The notes beneath the pieces are model-generated. The model saw only the letters and a list, made by a program, of their open reading frames with translations, made no database searches and was not told the origin of the DNA. This document shows, in pieces, positions 1 through 8,640 of a stretch of 64,000 nt of DNA. The number at the start of each line of letters is the position of its first letter. The stretch's first letter is position 1. Both the position numbers and the translations under genes were made by a program. Source of the DNA: a bacterium (GTDB lineage: Bacteria; Patescibacteriota; Minisyncoccia; UBA6257; 02-FULL-45-10c); contig JAJYMK010000003.1 of assembly GCA_021786945.1 (NCBI GenBank), positions 393,471 through 457,470 of the forward strand, in the 5' to 3' direction.

Positions 1-12
1 TCTGTTGCGGTT

Positions 13-1764
13 TTGGTGGCCGCGATACCCGAAGGATTACCCGTGGCTATGACGGCGATTCTGGCAATCGGAGTGCAAAGACTGGTAAAGAAAAATGGGG
101 TGGTAAGGAAATTGCTTGCCGCCGAAGTTCTGGGTAATACAACTATAATTTTAACCGATAAAACCGGGACGCTTACCGAAGCCAAAATGACGCTTTCAAA
201 AATCCAAACTTTCAATAAAAATTTTACGGAAAATGAAATACTTAAAATTGCCCTGCTAAATACAGATGTAGTAATAGAAAACCCGCATGAAAAAATAGAA
301 AAATGGAAAATTATAGGCAGGCCGCTAGAGGTTGCAACCGTAAAAGCCGCTGCATATAATGGCATTTTTCTAAACAAAGAAAAAAGAGAGGTTAAGATAA
401 ACGATTTCCTCCCATTTTCCTCATCCAATAAATTTTCCGCCGCCGCAATTGAATATAAAAATGAAGAATTAATTACCTTTTTTGGAGCTCCTGATATACT
501 TTTAAAAATATCCGATAAGTCCCCCGAAGAAATAAAATCAATAAATCTCGAAATAAATAAATTAGCCTATGGCGGAGAAAGAGTTTTAGGCGTTGCCGTC
601 AAAAAAATAACCAGAAATAAAAACAAAATAAGCTTATTTACCGAAAAATTTTCGGAACTTGATTTCGCGGGAATAATTTCTTTTAAAGATCCTATAAGAA
701 AGGGGGTTAAGGAAACGGTTCATAATATAGAACAAGTTGGTATAAAAACAATAATCATTACCGGAGACCACCAAGGGACAGCTGAAGCCATAGCTCAAGA
801 ACTTGGATTCAATATAAGAAAAGAGAGTGTAATAAACGGACCAGAACTCGATTATATTTCGGACTCCGAACTTCAAAGAAGGCTTCCCAATTTAAAAATA
901 GTTTCGCGTGTAAGCCCCGAAGGAAAACTAAGAATCGTAAAAGCTTTTCAGGAAAAAGGAGAGATTGTGGCTATGACCGGAGACGGAATAAATGATGCGC
1001 CGAGTCTTAAACAAGCAGACATAGGAATAGCGATGGGCTCTGGCAGCGACGTAGCAAAAGACACCTCCGAACTGATTCTTTTGGACGACAATTACGAAAC
1101 AATAGTGGCTGCAATTGAAGAGGGGCGAAGAATAATAGAGAATATCAGAAAAACAATTGTTTATGTTTTTTTAAGCCTTCTGGACGAACTTCTTCTCATA
1201 GGCGGATCTTTATTGCTAGGCCTTGCTCTTCCTATAAATGCATTTCAAATACTTTGGATAAATTTCTTCTCCGATAGTTTTCCAGCCATTGCCTTCGCTT
1301 TTGAAAATCACTTCAATTATCTTTTACAAAAACCAAAACATGGCCAGGAAAAATTAATAAACAAAGAATCTAGATTTCTCATTCTTGCAATTGGACTTAC
1401 AACAAGCTTTTCTTTGATAATAATTTATTACTTACTTATAAAATTTGGATTTAATCAAGAAATAAGCAGAACCTTTATATTTGCTTCTTTTGGAACCTAT
1501 TCCTTATTCTCGGTTTTCTCTATAAGGAACCTAAAAGAAAGTCTTTTTAAATACAATCCGTTCTCAAATATTTATCTAGACGGAGGAATTCTCATTGGTT
1601 TTGTGTTGATGAGCTTGGCAATCTATCACCCATTTCTCCAGAGATTGATGGACACGGTAAATCTTCCTTTAAACTGGCTGCTAGGCGTGCTGGGAATAGG
1701 TATAATAAATATAGTGCTTCTAGAAATCGGAAAATTCATTAATAATAAAAGACTAGAAGATTAA
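13..1764 (+). CDS. P-type cation-transporting ATPase (P2/Ca2+-type), C-terminal part; 5' end truncated by window
   Basis: DKTGTLT phosphorylation motif, PEGLP motif, TGDGINDAPSLKQADIGIAMG hinge motif, multiple C-terminal TM helices. Confidence 0.85.
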   Translation: MVAAIPEGLPVAMTAILAIGVQRLVKKNGVVRKLLAAEVLGNTTIILTDKTGTLTEAKMTLSKIQTFNKNFTENEILKIALLNTDVVIENPHEKIEKWKIIGRPLEVATVKAAAYNGIFLNKEKREVKINDFLPFSSSNKFSAAAIEYKNEELITFFGAPDILLKISDKSPEEIKSINLEINKLAYGGERVLGVAVKKITRNKNKISLFTEKFSELDFAGIISFKDPIRKGVKETVHNIEQVGIKTIIITGDHQGTAEAIAQELGFNIRKESVINGPELDYISDSELQRRLPNLKIVSRVSPEGKLRIVKAFQEKGEIVAMTGDGINDAPSLKQADIGIAMGSGSDVAKDTSELILLDDNYETIVAAIEEGRRIIENIRKTIVYVFLSLLDELLLIGGSLLLGLALPINAFQILWINFFSDSFPAIAFAFENHFNYLLQKPKHGQEKLINKESRFLILAIGLTTSFSLIIIYYLLIKFGFNQEISRTFIFASFGTYSLFSVFSIRNLKESLFKYNPFSNIYLDGGILIGFVLMSLAIYHPFLQRLMDTVNLPLNWLLGVLGIGIINIVLLEIGKFINNKRLED

Positions 1765-1768
1765 ATCC

Positions 1769-2791
1769 ATGGAAAAAACAACGAAAATAATTAAAGCATC
1801 ACTGCCCGCAATAGTGTCTATAATTGCGACTAAAAGCCTAAGAGAGGTTGAAAAAGAACTTCCGGCGGAAGTTTTTCCGCTTCTGCCATTTGGTATGCCG
1901 GACCTGCAAATTCCCGAAGAGAAAATAAATATTCGGGGAATGATTGAGGTTGGCAGCGGGTCAGGCTTTATAGTGGACCCTACCGGAGTTATCCTAACCA
2001 ACAAACACGTTATTGCCGATCCCGAAGCCGAATATGAAGTTCTAACTTCATCTGGTAAAAAATATAGAGCAGAAATTCTCGCCAGAGATCCAATCGACGA
2101 TGTGGCTATATTAAAAATTCCGGCCATTAAACTGCCATCAATGAAACTCGGCAATTCCAATAAAATCGAATTAGGTGAAACTGTATTGGCTATTGGAAAC
2201 GCTCTCGGCTTATTCAAAAATACCGTTTCCAAAGGAATTGTCTCCGGATTATCCAGGGCGATATCCCCCAACGAAGAAGAACAATTACGAGGGCTTATTC
2301 AAACAGACGCAGCTATCAATCCCGGAAATTCAGGCGGACCGCTTTTGAATCTAAAAGGCGAAGTTATAGGTATAAATGCCGCTATAATTTCAGGCGCGCA
2401 AAATATAGGATTTGCTATACCAATAAATAGCGCAAAAAAAGACCTTAAGGACGTGAGAGAATTTGGAAAAGTCCGAAGACCCCTTTTGGGAATAAGATAC
2501 ATAAATATCGACAAGAATTTACAGGAAAAACTTAATCTTCCGGTAGATTTTGGAGCTATAATCATCGGCAAAAAAGACTCCCACGAAGCCGTTCTAAAAG
2601 GAACCCCTGCTTATAAAGCCGGCTTAAAAGAAGGAGATATAGTAATGGAATGCAATAAAGAAAAAATAGATGCAGACAATACAGTTCAAGACATTTTGGA
2701 AAATATGAAAGTCGGAGACATAATGAGATTGAAAATACTAAGAAACAATAAACCAATCGAGATAAGTGTAGAGCTTAGTGAAAGAAAATAA
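1769..2791 (+). CDS. HtrA/DegP-family trypsin-like serine protease with C-terminal PDZ domain
   Basis: GNSGGPLLN catalytic-serine motif, histidine motif TNKHVI, C-terminal PDZ-like region; strong terminator immediately downstream. Confidence 0.85.
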   Translation: MEKTTKIIKASLPAIVSIIATKSLREVEKELPAEVFPLLPFGMPDLQIPEEKINIRGMIEVGSGSGFIVDPTGVILTNKHVIADPEAEYEVLTSSGKKYRAEILARDPIDDVAILKIPAIKLPSMKLGNSNKIELGETVLAIGNALGLFKNTVSKGIVSGLSRAISPNEEEQLRGLIQTDAAINPGNSGGPLLNLKGEVIGINAAIISGAQNIGFAIPINSAKKDLKDVREFGKVRRPLLGIRYINIDKNLQEKLNLPVDFGAIIIGKKDSHEAVLKGTPAYKAGLKEGDIVMECNKEKIDADNTVQDILENMKVGDIMRLKILRNNKPIEISVELSERK

Positions 2792-2794
2792 ATT

Positions 2795-2820
2795 AAAACC
2801 CCCGCATTTACGGGGGTTTT
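2795..2820 (+). terminator. Rho-independent terminator (AAAACCCCCG-loop-CGGGGGTTTT)
   Basis: GC stem plus T-run directly after htrA-like stop; also overlaps the stop of the convergent small ORF. Confidence 0.7.
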
Positions 2821-2822
2821 AA

Positions 2823-2970
2823 TTTATTTGAACGTCTCTACCTTAAAGTACTTTATTATATTTTCAGGTACCGGAATGGTTAATTTATTAAGGCTATCAA
2901 TATGAAGAACGATGTAAATCGCCACTAATATAGCGCCAACCATCAATACCAAACCAATTACTTTTTCCAT
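2823..2970 (-). CDS. small hydrophobic membrane peptide (about 49 aa, MEKVIGLVLMVGAILVAIYIVLHIDSLNKLTIPVPENIIKYFKVETFK), paralog of the 4852-4971 peptide
   Basis: ATG at 2970 (minus), single predicted TM helix, ends ...FK-stop with TTCAAATAAA; below the 60-aa ORF-track cutoff, translated by hand. Confidence 0.35.
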
Positions 2971-3029
2971 TACTTTATTATATTAAATCAATTCATAAAA
3001 TGCCATATTTAAACCATATTTTAGGCCTC

Positions 3030-3058
3030 TTGACGATTTTTTAATTTTATGGTAATAT
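3030..3058 (+). promoter_or_regulatory. sigma70-like promoter: TTGACG, 17-nt spacer, TGgTAATAT extended -10
   Basis: TTGACG at 3030-3035, 17-nt spacer, TAATAT at 3053-3058 preceded by TGG; lies about 80 nt upstream of the 3138 start. Confidence 0.5.
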
Positions 3059-3137
3059 ATTATATATAACATTATGGCTGGGAGACGAGCTATATATAAG
3101 ACACTCCCCGCTTCTTAATTAATACAATACAAAAACT

Positions 3138-4811
3138 ATGACAAATATTCTTAAAAATAGGTTTTTTATAGGCTTTTTAGCCTCTACTATTATTTCATTG
3201 GCTTCTTTAAGTTTGGCTCACGCCGCTGAAATAACAGTAACAACCTACAACGTTGATGGTAATACAATTTCCGCAAACAGCGCCCTTTTGGAAGGAATCG
3301 TTGACGTTACCAGTCATCCGGCCGAAGTATGGTTTGAATACGGAACCAGTAATTTCTTAGGGCAATCCACGGCTAAAAATATGGAAGGTTTGAATTTTTC
3401 TGCCAAAAAATTCGGCGCAGTAATTTCCGGTTTGACCGCCAATACTACTTATTATTTTCAAGCTGTAGGAAGAAATATCGATACAAATCTTGAAGTCAGA
3501 GGCCAACTTCTTACCTTCTCAACGAACAATACAGTAATACAGAGTAACTACTCAAATTCAACAGACGCAAACAGCGGATATTATACATCTAGTTCTGCTC
3601 CGGAAGTTACAACTAATCCGGCCATACTCGATTCAATAGATGTAAATTCCGCCACATTGGATTCATACATAAAATCAAACGGATCAAATACCGTAGCCTG
3701 GTTTGAATATGGAACCAATGATAGTCTTGGACAAGCAACTGAAGATTGGGGTGTAAGCGTAACCGCTTATCAAGTAGATTTCCAGAAAAAAATAACCGGG
3801 TTAATGCCGGATACAATTTATTATTTCAGGGCAGCTGCCAGAAACGACTACGGCACAATCTATGGAAGTACTTATGTGTTTAAAACAAAAGAAATAGCAA
3901 CCGGCATAACTTTTAGCCAGCCAACCGTCCTCACTTCTCCGGCGATGCTTATAAAAGACAACTCTGCCTTATTAAATGGTAGCGCTATAGCCAATAATGC
4001 CGAAACAAATGTCTGGTTTGAATGGAGCGAAGATCCAAATATGAATAATGGCGTAAATAGAAACGTTAGCCAAAGTATCGGCGCCGGTAGCAATGAAGTT
4101 TATGCCGCCTATTCACTTACCAATTTAACCGTAAATAAAACCTACTATTTTAGATTGGTTGCCCAAAACTCATATGGAACAACCAGAGGTAATATAAATA
4201 AATTTACAACTATTCACTACGTAGCCCCAACCCAAACCGTAAAGACTGTTAATGCTTCAAACGGAACTCAGGTGGCTCAGATATCGGTAAATAACGATGC
4301 GATATCGTTAAGTGGCGAATTCGACAACAATAATCCGAGAGCGGGAACGAAAACCGTCTACGCGCTAAGTTACACAAATAATACTAATTTGGTAATAAGA
4401 GACGCCGTTTTAAAAGTAACCCTTCCCAATGAGGTAAGCTACCTTGCCTCAAGCTTTGCTAATGTAAATCAGAATGGAAATACAATTACTTTGAAAATTG
4501 GCGATATAGCCGCGAAAGGAACAGGGTCTGCCAGCATAAGAGTAAGAATAACCGATCTTGCAAAAGCTCAGGTTATAAAATTTACCACAAATCTTTCCTA
4601 TAAGATTAACGGTAAATCAGGTGAGGATAATATCTCCAATGAATTAAAAGTCAGCGAATATTCCTTGGCTGCGTCAGCTCTTGATCTTCTTGGCACAATA
4701 CTTAACAATATTTTTATCGATCTTCTTCTTGGAATAATTATAGGTGCTTATGGATACCATATAATCAATAAACAAAAACAAGTTGTTGATACCGAAGATC
4801 CGCTAAAATAA
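3138..4811 (+). CDS. secreted cell-surface protein with three Fn3-like repeats of about 115 aa (WFEYGT...TYYF...RN), a DUF11-like domain and a C-terminal TM anchor
   Basis: N-terminal signal peptide; repeats containing VWFEYGTSNFLGQ / AWFEYGTNDSLGQ / VWFEWSEDPNMNNG and TTYYFQAVGRN / TIYYFRAAARN / KTYYFRLVAQN; hydrophobic C-terminus LLGIIIGAYGYHII. Confidence 0.6.
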   Translation: MTNILKNRFFIGFLASTIISLASLSLAHAAEITVTTYNVDGNTISANSALLEGIVDVTSHPAEVWFEYGTSNFLGQSTAKNMEGLNFSAKKFGAVISGLTANTTYYFQAVGRNIDTNLEVRGQLLTFSTNNTVIQSNYSNSTDANSGYYTSSSAPEVTTNPAILDSIDVNSATLDSYIKSNGSNTVAWFEYGTNDSLGQATEDWGVSVTAYQVDFQKKITGLMPDTIYYFRAAARNDYGTIYGSTYVFKTKEIATGITFSQPTVLTSPAMLIKDNSALLNGSAIANNAETNVWFEWSEDPNMNNGVNRNVSQSIGAGSNEVYAAYSLTNLTVNKTYYFRLVAQNSYGTTRGNINKFTTIHYVAPTQTVKTVNASNGTQVAQISVNNDAISLSGEFDNNNPRAGTKTVYALSYTNNTNLVIRDAVLKVTLPNEVSYLASSFANVNQNGNTITLKIGDIAAKGTGSASIRVRITDLAKAQVIKFTTNLSYKINGKSGEDNISNELKVSEYSLAASALDLLGTILNNIFIDLLLGIIIGAYGYHIINKQKQVVDTEDPLK

Positions 4812-4823
4812 TCAAATAAATAA

Positions 4824-4853
4824 AAATACCGCCAATCAATAGGCGGTATTTTT
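4824..4853 (+). terminator. Rho-independent terminator (ATACCGCC-loop-GGCGGTATTTTT)
   Basis: hairpin plus T-run after the 3138-4811 stop; overlaps the stop of the convergent small peptide gene. Confidence 0.7.
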
Positions 4854-4971
4854 ATTTGAATAAAGCCAGTAAAGTTTCACGCCATGCTGCCAATTCCGGC
4901 CCGTTAAATAAGACGTAAATAGTTATTCCACAAAATACCATTATTAATAAACCCAGTACGCGTTTCCACAT
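4852..4971 (-). CDS. small hydrophobic membrane peptide (39 aa, MWKRVLGLLIMVFCGITIYVLFNGPELAAWRETLLALFK), immediately downstream of leuS
   Basis: ATG at 4971 (minus); TM helix; N-terminus, ...IY(I/V)(V/L)... core and C-terminal FK-stop resemble the 2823-2970 peptide; hand-translated. Confidence 0.35.
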   Translation of the reverse strand: MWKRVLGLLIMVFCGITIYVLFNGPELAAWRETLLALFK

Positions 4972-5009
4972 ACTTTAAGTTTACGCTTTAATTTAAAATA
5001 GTAAAACTA

Positions 5010-7436
5010 TCAAATAACAATATTAATAAGCTTATCTTGTACAAAAATAATTTTTTTAGGCTTCTTGCTGCCCAAGAATTCCTTAACTCTCTCACGCGGC
5101 AAAACCATATTTTCTACATCCGGCTGAACCATGCCCTTCTTCAATATAATTTTATCCCTAAGCTTGCCATTGACTTGAATTAATAATTCAACGTCTTCAT
5201 CTTCTATAAGATGTTTATTGAATTCAGGCCAAGATTCTAAGTGAACCGATTTTTTATTCCCGATTTTTTGCCAAAGCTCTTCGGATATGTGCGGTGCAAA
5301 CGGAACAAGGATTTTAATGACATTTTCTGCCATTACCTTATTTATAAGATCGCTCTTCTTTTCCATTTCATTTAAAAGAATCATTAAGGCGGAAACGGCA
5401 GTATTGAATTTAAAAGCCGCTATATCTTCACCTACCTTCTTTATAGTCTTGTGCACCATTCTGTTAAGATCCTTAAAATCTTTTGGCGTAACATTTTCAG
5501 TCTTTGCCTTTTTATCAAATTTCAATTTTGCGAACAAATCATAAACCCTGTTCAAAAATCTATACGCACCAAGAATGCCAGTTGGATCCCAAGGACCACC
5601 CTGACTATACTCAGCCATAAAACAAAGATAAACTCTTACGGAATCCGCCCCGAACTTCTCAACTAATTCATCGGGGTCAACAACATTACCTCTTGATTTA
5701 GACATTTTTTGTCCGTCTGGACCGAGAATCATTCCCTGGTGACGAAGCGATAAAAATGGCTCTTTAAAATCAAGGTATCCCTCATCATGCAAAAACTTAG
5801 TAAAAAATCTTACGTACAAAAGATGCATCACTGCGTGCTCTGGACCACCAATATACATTTTTACCGGCAACCAACTTTTGATTTTATTGGAATCGGCAAA
5901 GTGTTTTTTATTTTTCGGATCAACATAACGCAAATAATACCAGGAAGAATCCACAAACGTATCCATGGTATCGGTCTCTCTTTCGGCGGGACCTCCACAT
6001 TCTGGGCATTTCACTTTCAGGAATTTTTCGGCTTTAGCCAAAGGAGACCTGCCCTTTTCATCCGGAGTATAGTCTTTAACTTTAGGCAAAACTACCGGTA
6101 AATCTTTTTCCGGAACAGGAACCATGCCGCATTCTTTGCAATAAATCATTGGGATTGGAGTACCCCAATAGCGCTGGCGGCTTATAAGCCAATCTCTGAA
6201 TTTATAATTTACTTTTTTCTTGGCACCGATAGATTCAACGATCCTATCCTTGGCAATATTGTTGGGAAGATTATCCAGATCACCGGAATTAATCATGACT
6301 CCATCACTCTCAAAAGCGGCGGTTAATTCACCATGACTCCCGTTTTCCGAAACTACCTGAATTATGGGAAGTTCGAATTTTTTGGCAAAATCAAAATCTC
6401 TCTGATCATGAGCCGGTACGGCCATTACCGCTCCAGTACCATACCCACCCAAAACATAATCTGAAACCCAAACCGGAATAACCTTTTTATTGAAAGGATT
6501 TATAACCTTAATTCCCTGAAGTTCAACCCCGCTCTTTTCTTTAACATTGGTAAGCCTATCCAATTCAGTTTTATGCTTAGCAGCCTCTATATAATCTCTT
6601 ACGCTATTTTTATTTCTTATTCTGGCTTCCAAAATTTTAATAAGCGGATGCTCTGGAGCCAAAACTAAATAAGAAACCCCCGGTAGCGTATCAGCTCTAG
6701 TGGTAAATACTTTTATTTTAAGTTCCGACTCCTCTATAGGAAAATCAATTTCGGCGCCCTCAGAACGGCCAATCCAATGCTTTTGCATGGCTTTGGTTTT
6801 TTCCGGCCAATCCAAAGTTTCCAAATCTTCAAGAAGTCTATCTGCATAATCGGTAATTTTTAAAAGCCACTGCTCCACTTCTTTTTGCTCTACAGGACCA
6901 TCACAACGCCAACATTTTCCGCCCTCAGCCTGTTCATTAGCCAAAACAGAATTACATTTTGGACACCAATTTGCCGTAACTTTCTTGCGATAAGCCAGGC
7001 CCTTTTTATACATCTGCAAAAAAATCCACTGATTCCATTTATAATATTCGGGTAAACAAGTAACGATCATTCTGGACCAATCATAAATATTACCTGTTCT
7101 TTCCAGCTGCTTTATCATGCTTTTGATATTTTCCAATGTCCACTTTTCCGGAGGCATACCATGTTTGATAGCCGCACCTTCTGCTGGAAGACCAAAGGAA
7201 TCGAAACCGAAAGGACTAAGTACATTATAACCCTCCATCCTTTTGAATCTGGCGAATACATCGGCACCGGCAAAATTATACCAATGGCCAATGTGCAAAT
7301 TCCCGGATGGATATGGGAACATTACCAAATGATAATAATTCTTTTTGCCCTTAACATTATCCTTCGCAACAAAAAGTTTTTTCTGCTTCCAATATTTCTG
7401 CCACTTCAGCTCTATTTTTTTATGATTGTAGGCCAT
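5010..7436 (-). CDS. leuS: leucyl-tRNA synthetase
   Basis: PYPSGNLHIGHWYNF class I HIGH-type motif, KMSKS, CP1 editing region, length 808 aa. Confidence 0.95.
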   Translation of the reverse strand: MAYNHKKIELKWQKYWKQKKLFVAKDNVKGKKNYYHLVMFPYPSGNLHIGHWYNFAGADVFARFKRMEGYNVLSPFGFDSFGLPAEGAAIKHGMPPEKWTLENIKSMIKQLERTGNIYDWSRMIVTCLPEYYKWNQWIFLQMYKKGLAYRKKVTANWCPKCNSVLANEQAEGGKCWRCDGPVEQKEVEQWLLKITDYADRLLEDLETLDWPEKTKAMQKHWIGRSEGAEIDFPIEESELKIKVFTTRADTLPGVSYLVLAPEHPLIKILEARIRNKNSVRDYIEAAKHKTELDRLTNVKEKSGVELQGIKVINPFNKKVIPVWVSDYVLGGYGTGAVMAVPAHDQRDFDFAKKFELPIIQVVSENGSHGELTAAFESDGVMINSGDLDNLPNNIAKDRIVESIGAKKKVNYKFRDWLISRQRYWGTPIPMIYCKECGMVPVPEKDLPVVLPKVKDYTPDEKGRSPLAKAEKFLKVKCPECGGPAERETDTMDTFVDSSWYYLRYVDPKNKKHFADSNKIKSWLPVKMYIGGPEHAVMHLLYVRFFTKFLHDEGYLDFKEPFLSLRHQGMILGPDGQKMSKSRGNVVDPDELVEKFGADSVRVYLCFMAEYSQGGPWDPTGILGAYRFLNRVYDLFAKLKFDKKAKTENVTPKDFKDLNRMVHKTIKKVGEDIAAFKFNTAVSALMILLNEMEKKSDLINKVMAENVIKILVPFAPHISEELWQKIGNKKSVHLESWPEFNKHLIEDEDVELLIQVNGKLRDKIILKKGMVQPDVENMVLPRERVKEFLGSKKPKKIIFVQDKLINIVI

Positions 7437-7510
7437 AGTTAAATATTAATATTAAAGCCAATTACATAATATTTTAGACCCAAAAACGTTTGGTAGCAAT
7501 AGAATAAGTC

Positions 7511-8341
7511 TTAATGAATTTTAAATACATCAGAAGAGTTTTTATATAAGTTAGCAGCAACATCCTCAAATATTAATCCCTTTATTTCCGCCAGTCTCTT
7601 AACTGTCTCAATCATATAAACCGGTTCGTTTCTTTGACCCCTGTGGCTTTGCGGTGCTACGTACGGACAATCGGTCTCTATAAAAATTCTTTCCACGGGC
7701 AAATATTTTATTATTTCTTCATAATTTTTAGCAAAAGTAATAACTCCTCCAAAGGTAAAATAAAATCCTAAATCAGCTAATTTTTTAGCCATATCCAGTG
7801 AACCGGCATAAAAATGCATTATTTTTGTTAAATCTTTAAATTTTGGATCATTTAATACATTCAAGGCATATTCATAGGCATTATCGCTCCCCTTGCTTGG
7901 GCGGCAATGCATCATTAATGGCTTGTTTAGTTCTCTAGCTAAATTTGCCTGTTCGGCAAAAACCCTACCTTGAATTTCCGCAGCAGAAGCATCGTAAAAC
8001 AAATCGAATCCACATTCACTTATAGCCACAACTTTTTCATCTTGAGCCAATGCTTTTAAAACTTTAATATCAAAAACTTCCGGTTCAGCGCCGAACTGTT
8101 CATTTTTATCATGATGCCACTCTTTTAATAAATGATTGGGATGAAAACCAACCGTAGCCCAGACATTGTCCGGAAACTCTTTCGCTACTTCTATAGCCCT
8201 TTTCGAAGTTTCGGCCTGAGTTCCCACGGCAATCATTTTTACCCTCTCTGATTGTGCTCTTTTTATGACCTCGGCCCTATCCGCATCAAAAGCTGGAAAC
8301 TGAATATGACCATGAGCATCCAAAAAATTAAGATTTGACAT
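7511..8341 (-). CDS. tatD: TatD-family metal-dependent hydrolase/DNase
   Basis: N-terminal LDAHGHIQFPAF (TatD HxH motif); TIM-barrel hydrolase pattern; 276 aa. Confidence 0.85.
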   Translation of the reverse strand: MSNLNFLDAHGHIQFPAFDADRAEVIKRAQSERVKMIAVGTQAETSKRAIEVAKEFPDNVWATVGFHPNHLLKEWHHDKNEQFGAEPEVFDIKVLKALAQDEKVVAISECGFDLFYDASAAEIQGRVFAEQANLARELNKPLMMHCRPSKGSDNAYEYALNVLNDPKFKDLTKIMHFYAGSLDMAKKLADLGFYFTFGGVITFAKNYEEIIKYLPVERIFIETDCPYVAPQSHRGQRNEPVYMIETVKRLAEIKGLIFEDVAANLYKNSSDVFKIH

Positions 8342-8394
8342 AATGTTTAATTCCTATTAATATACTATATACTAAATATTTGTTCGTTAACAAA

Positions 8395-8640
8395 TTGGCG
8401 CAAAGATGAAGTGATTACAGAGCCACTTCATATCAGCGCAGATGGCCGGATAAAAATCCTGAGAAAGTTGCGAGTCCTCGCCCATGAGGCCTCCTTCTCG
8501 CAAATCTCAATTCGGGAATTGACCCGAATGACCATCTCGATTTGCCCCAAGGCGGTGACTCCAATAAAGGGGTCACCGCCTCCAAATTTTATTGGCAATA
8601 AACCAATAAAAAAACTCCGATACAACTCGGAGTTTTTTAT
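8395..8640. ncRNA. unassigned GC-rich structured intergenic region between tatD start and metG stop; candidate small RNA
   Basis: local GC clearly above flanking DNA; several hairpins (GGCGGTGAC-loop-GTCACCGCC 9 bp; TCGGG-loop-CCGA; GCGAG-TCC-TCGC); ends in terminator CTCCGA-loop-TCGGAGTTTTTT; the two >60-aa ORFs here look non-coding. Confidence 0.3.

Noticed and set aside
8395-8640. tmRNA (ssrA), RNase P RNA or SRP RNA assignment for the GC-rich island
   Set aside because: A fragment GGGGTCACCGCCTCCAAA loosely recalls the tmRNA 3' end, but there is no T-arm (GTTCGA-like loop), no complementary 5' acceptor strand and no tag ORF. RNase P CR-I/CR-IV motifs and the SRP domain IV GNRA plus AGCA motif are absent. 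Left as unassigned.
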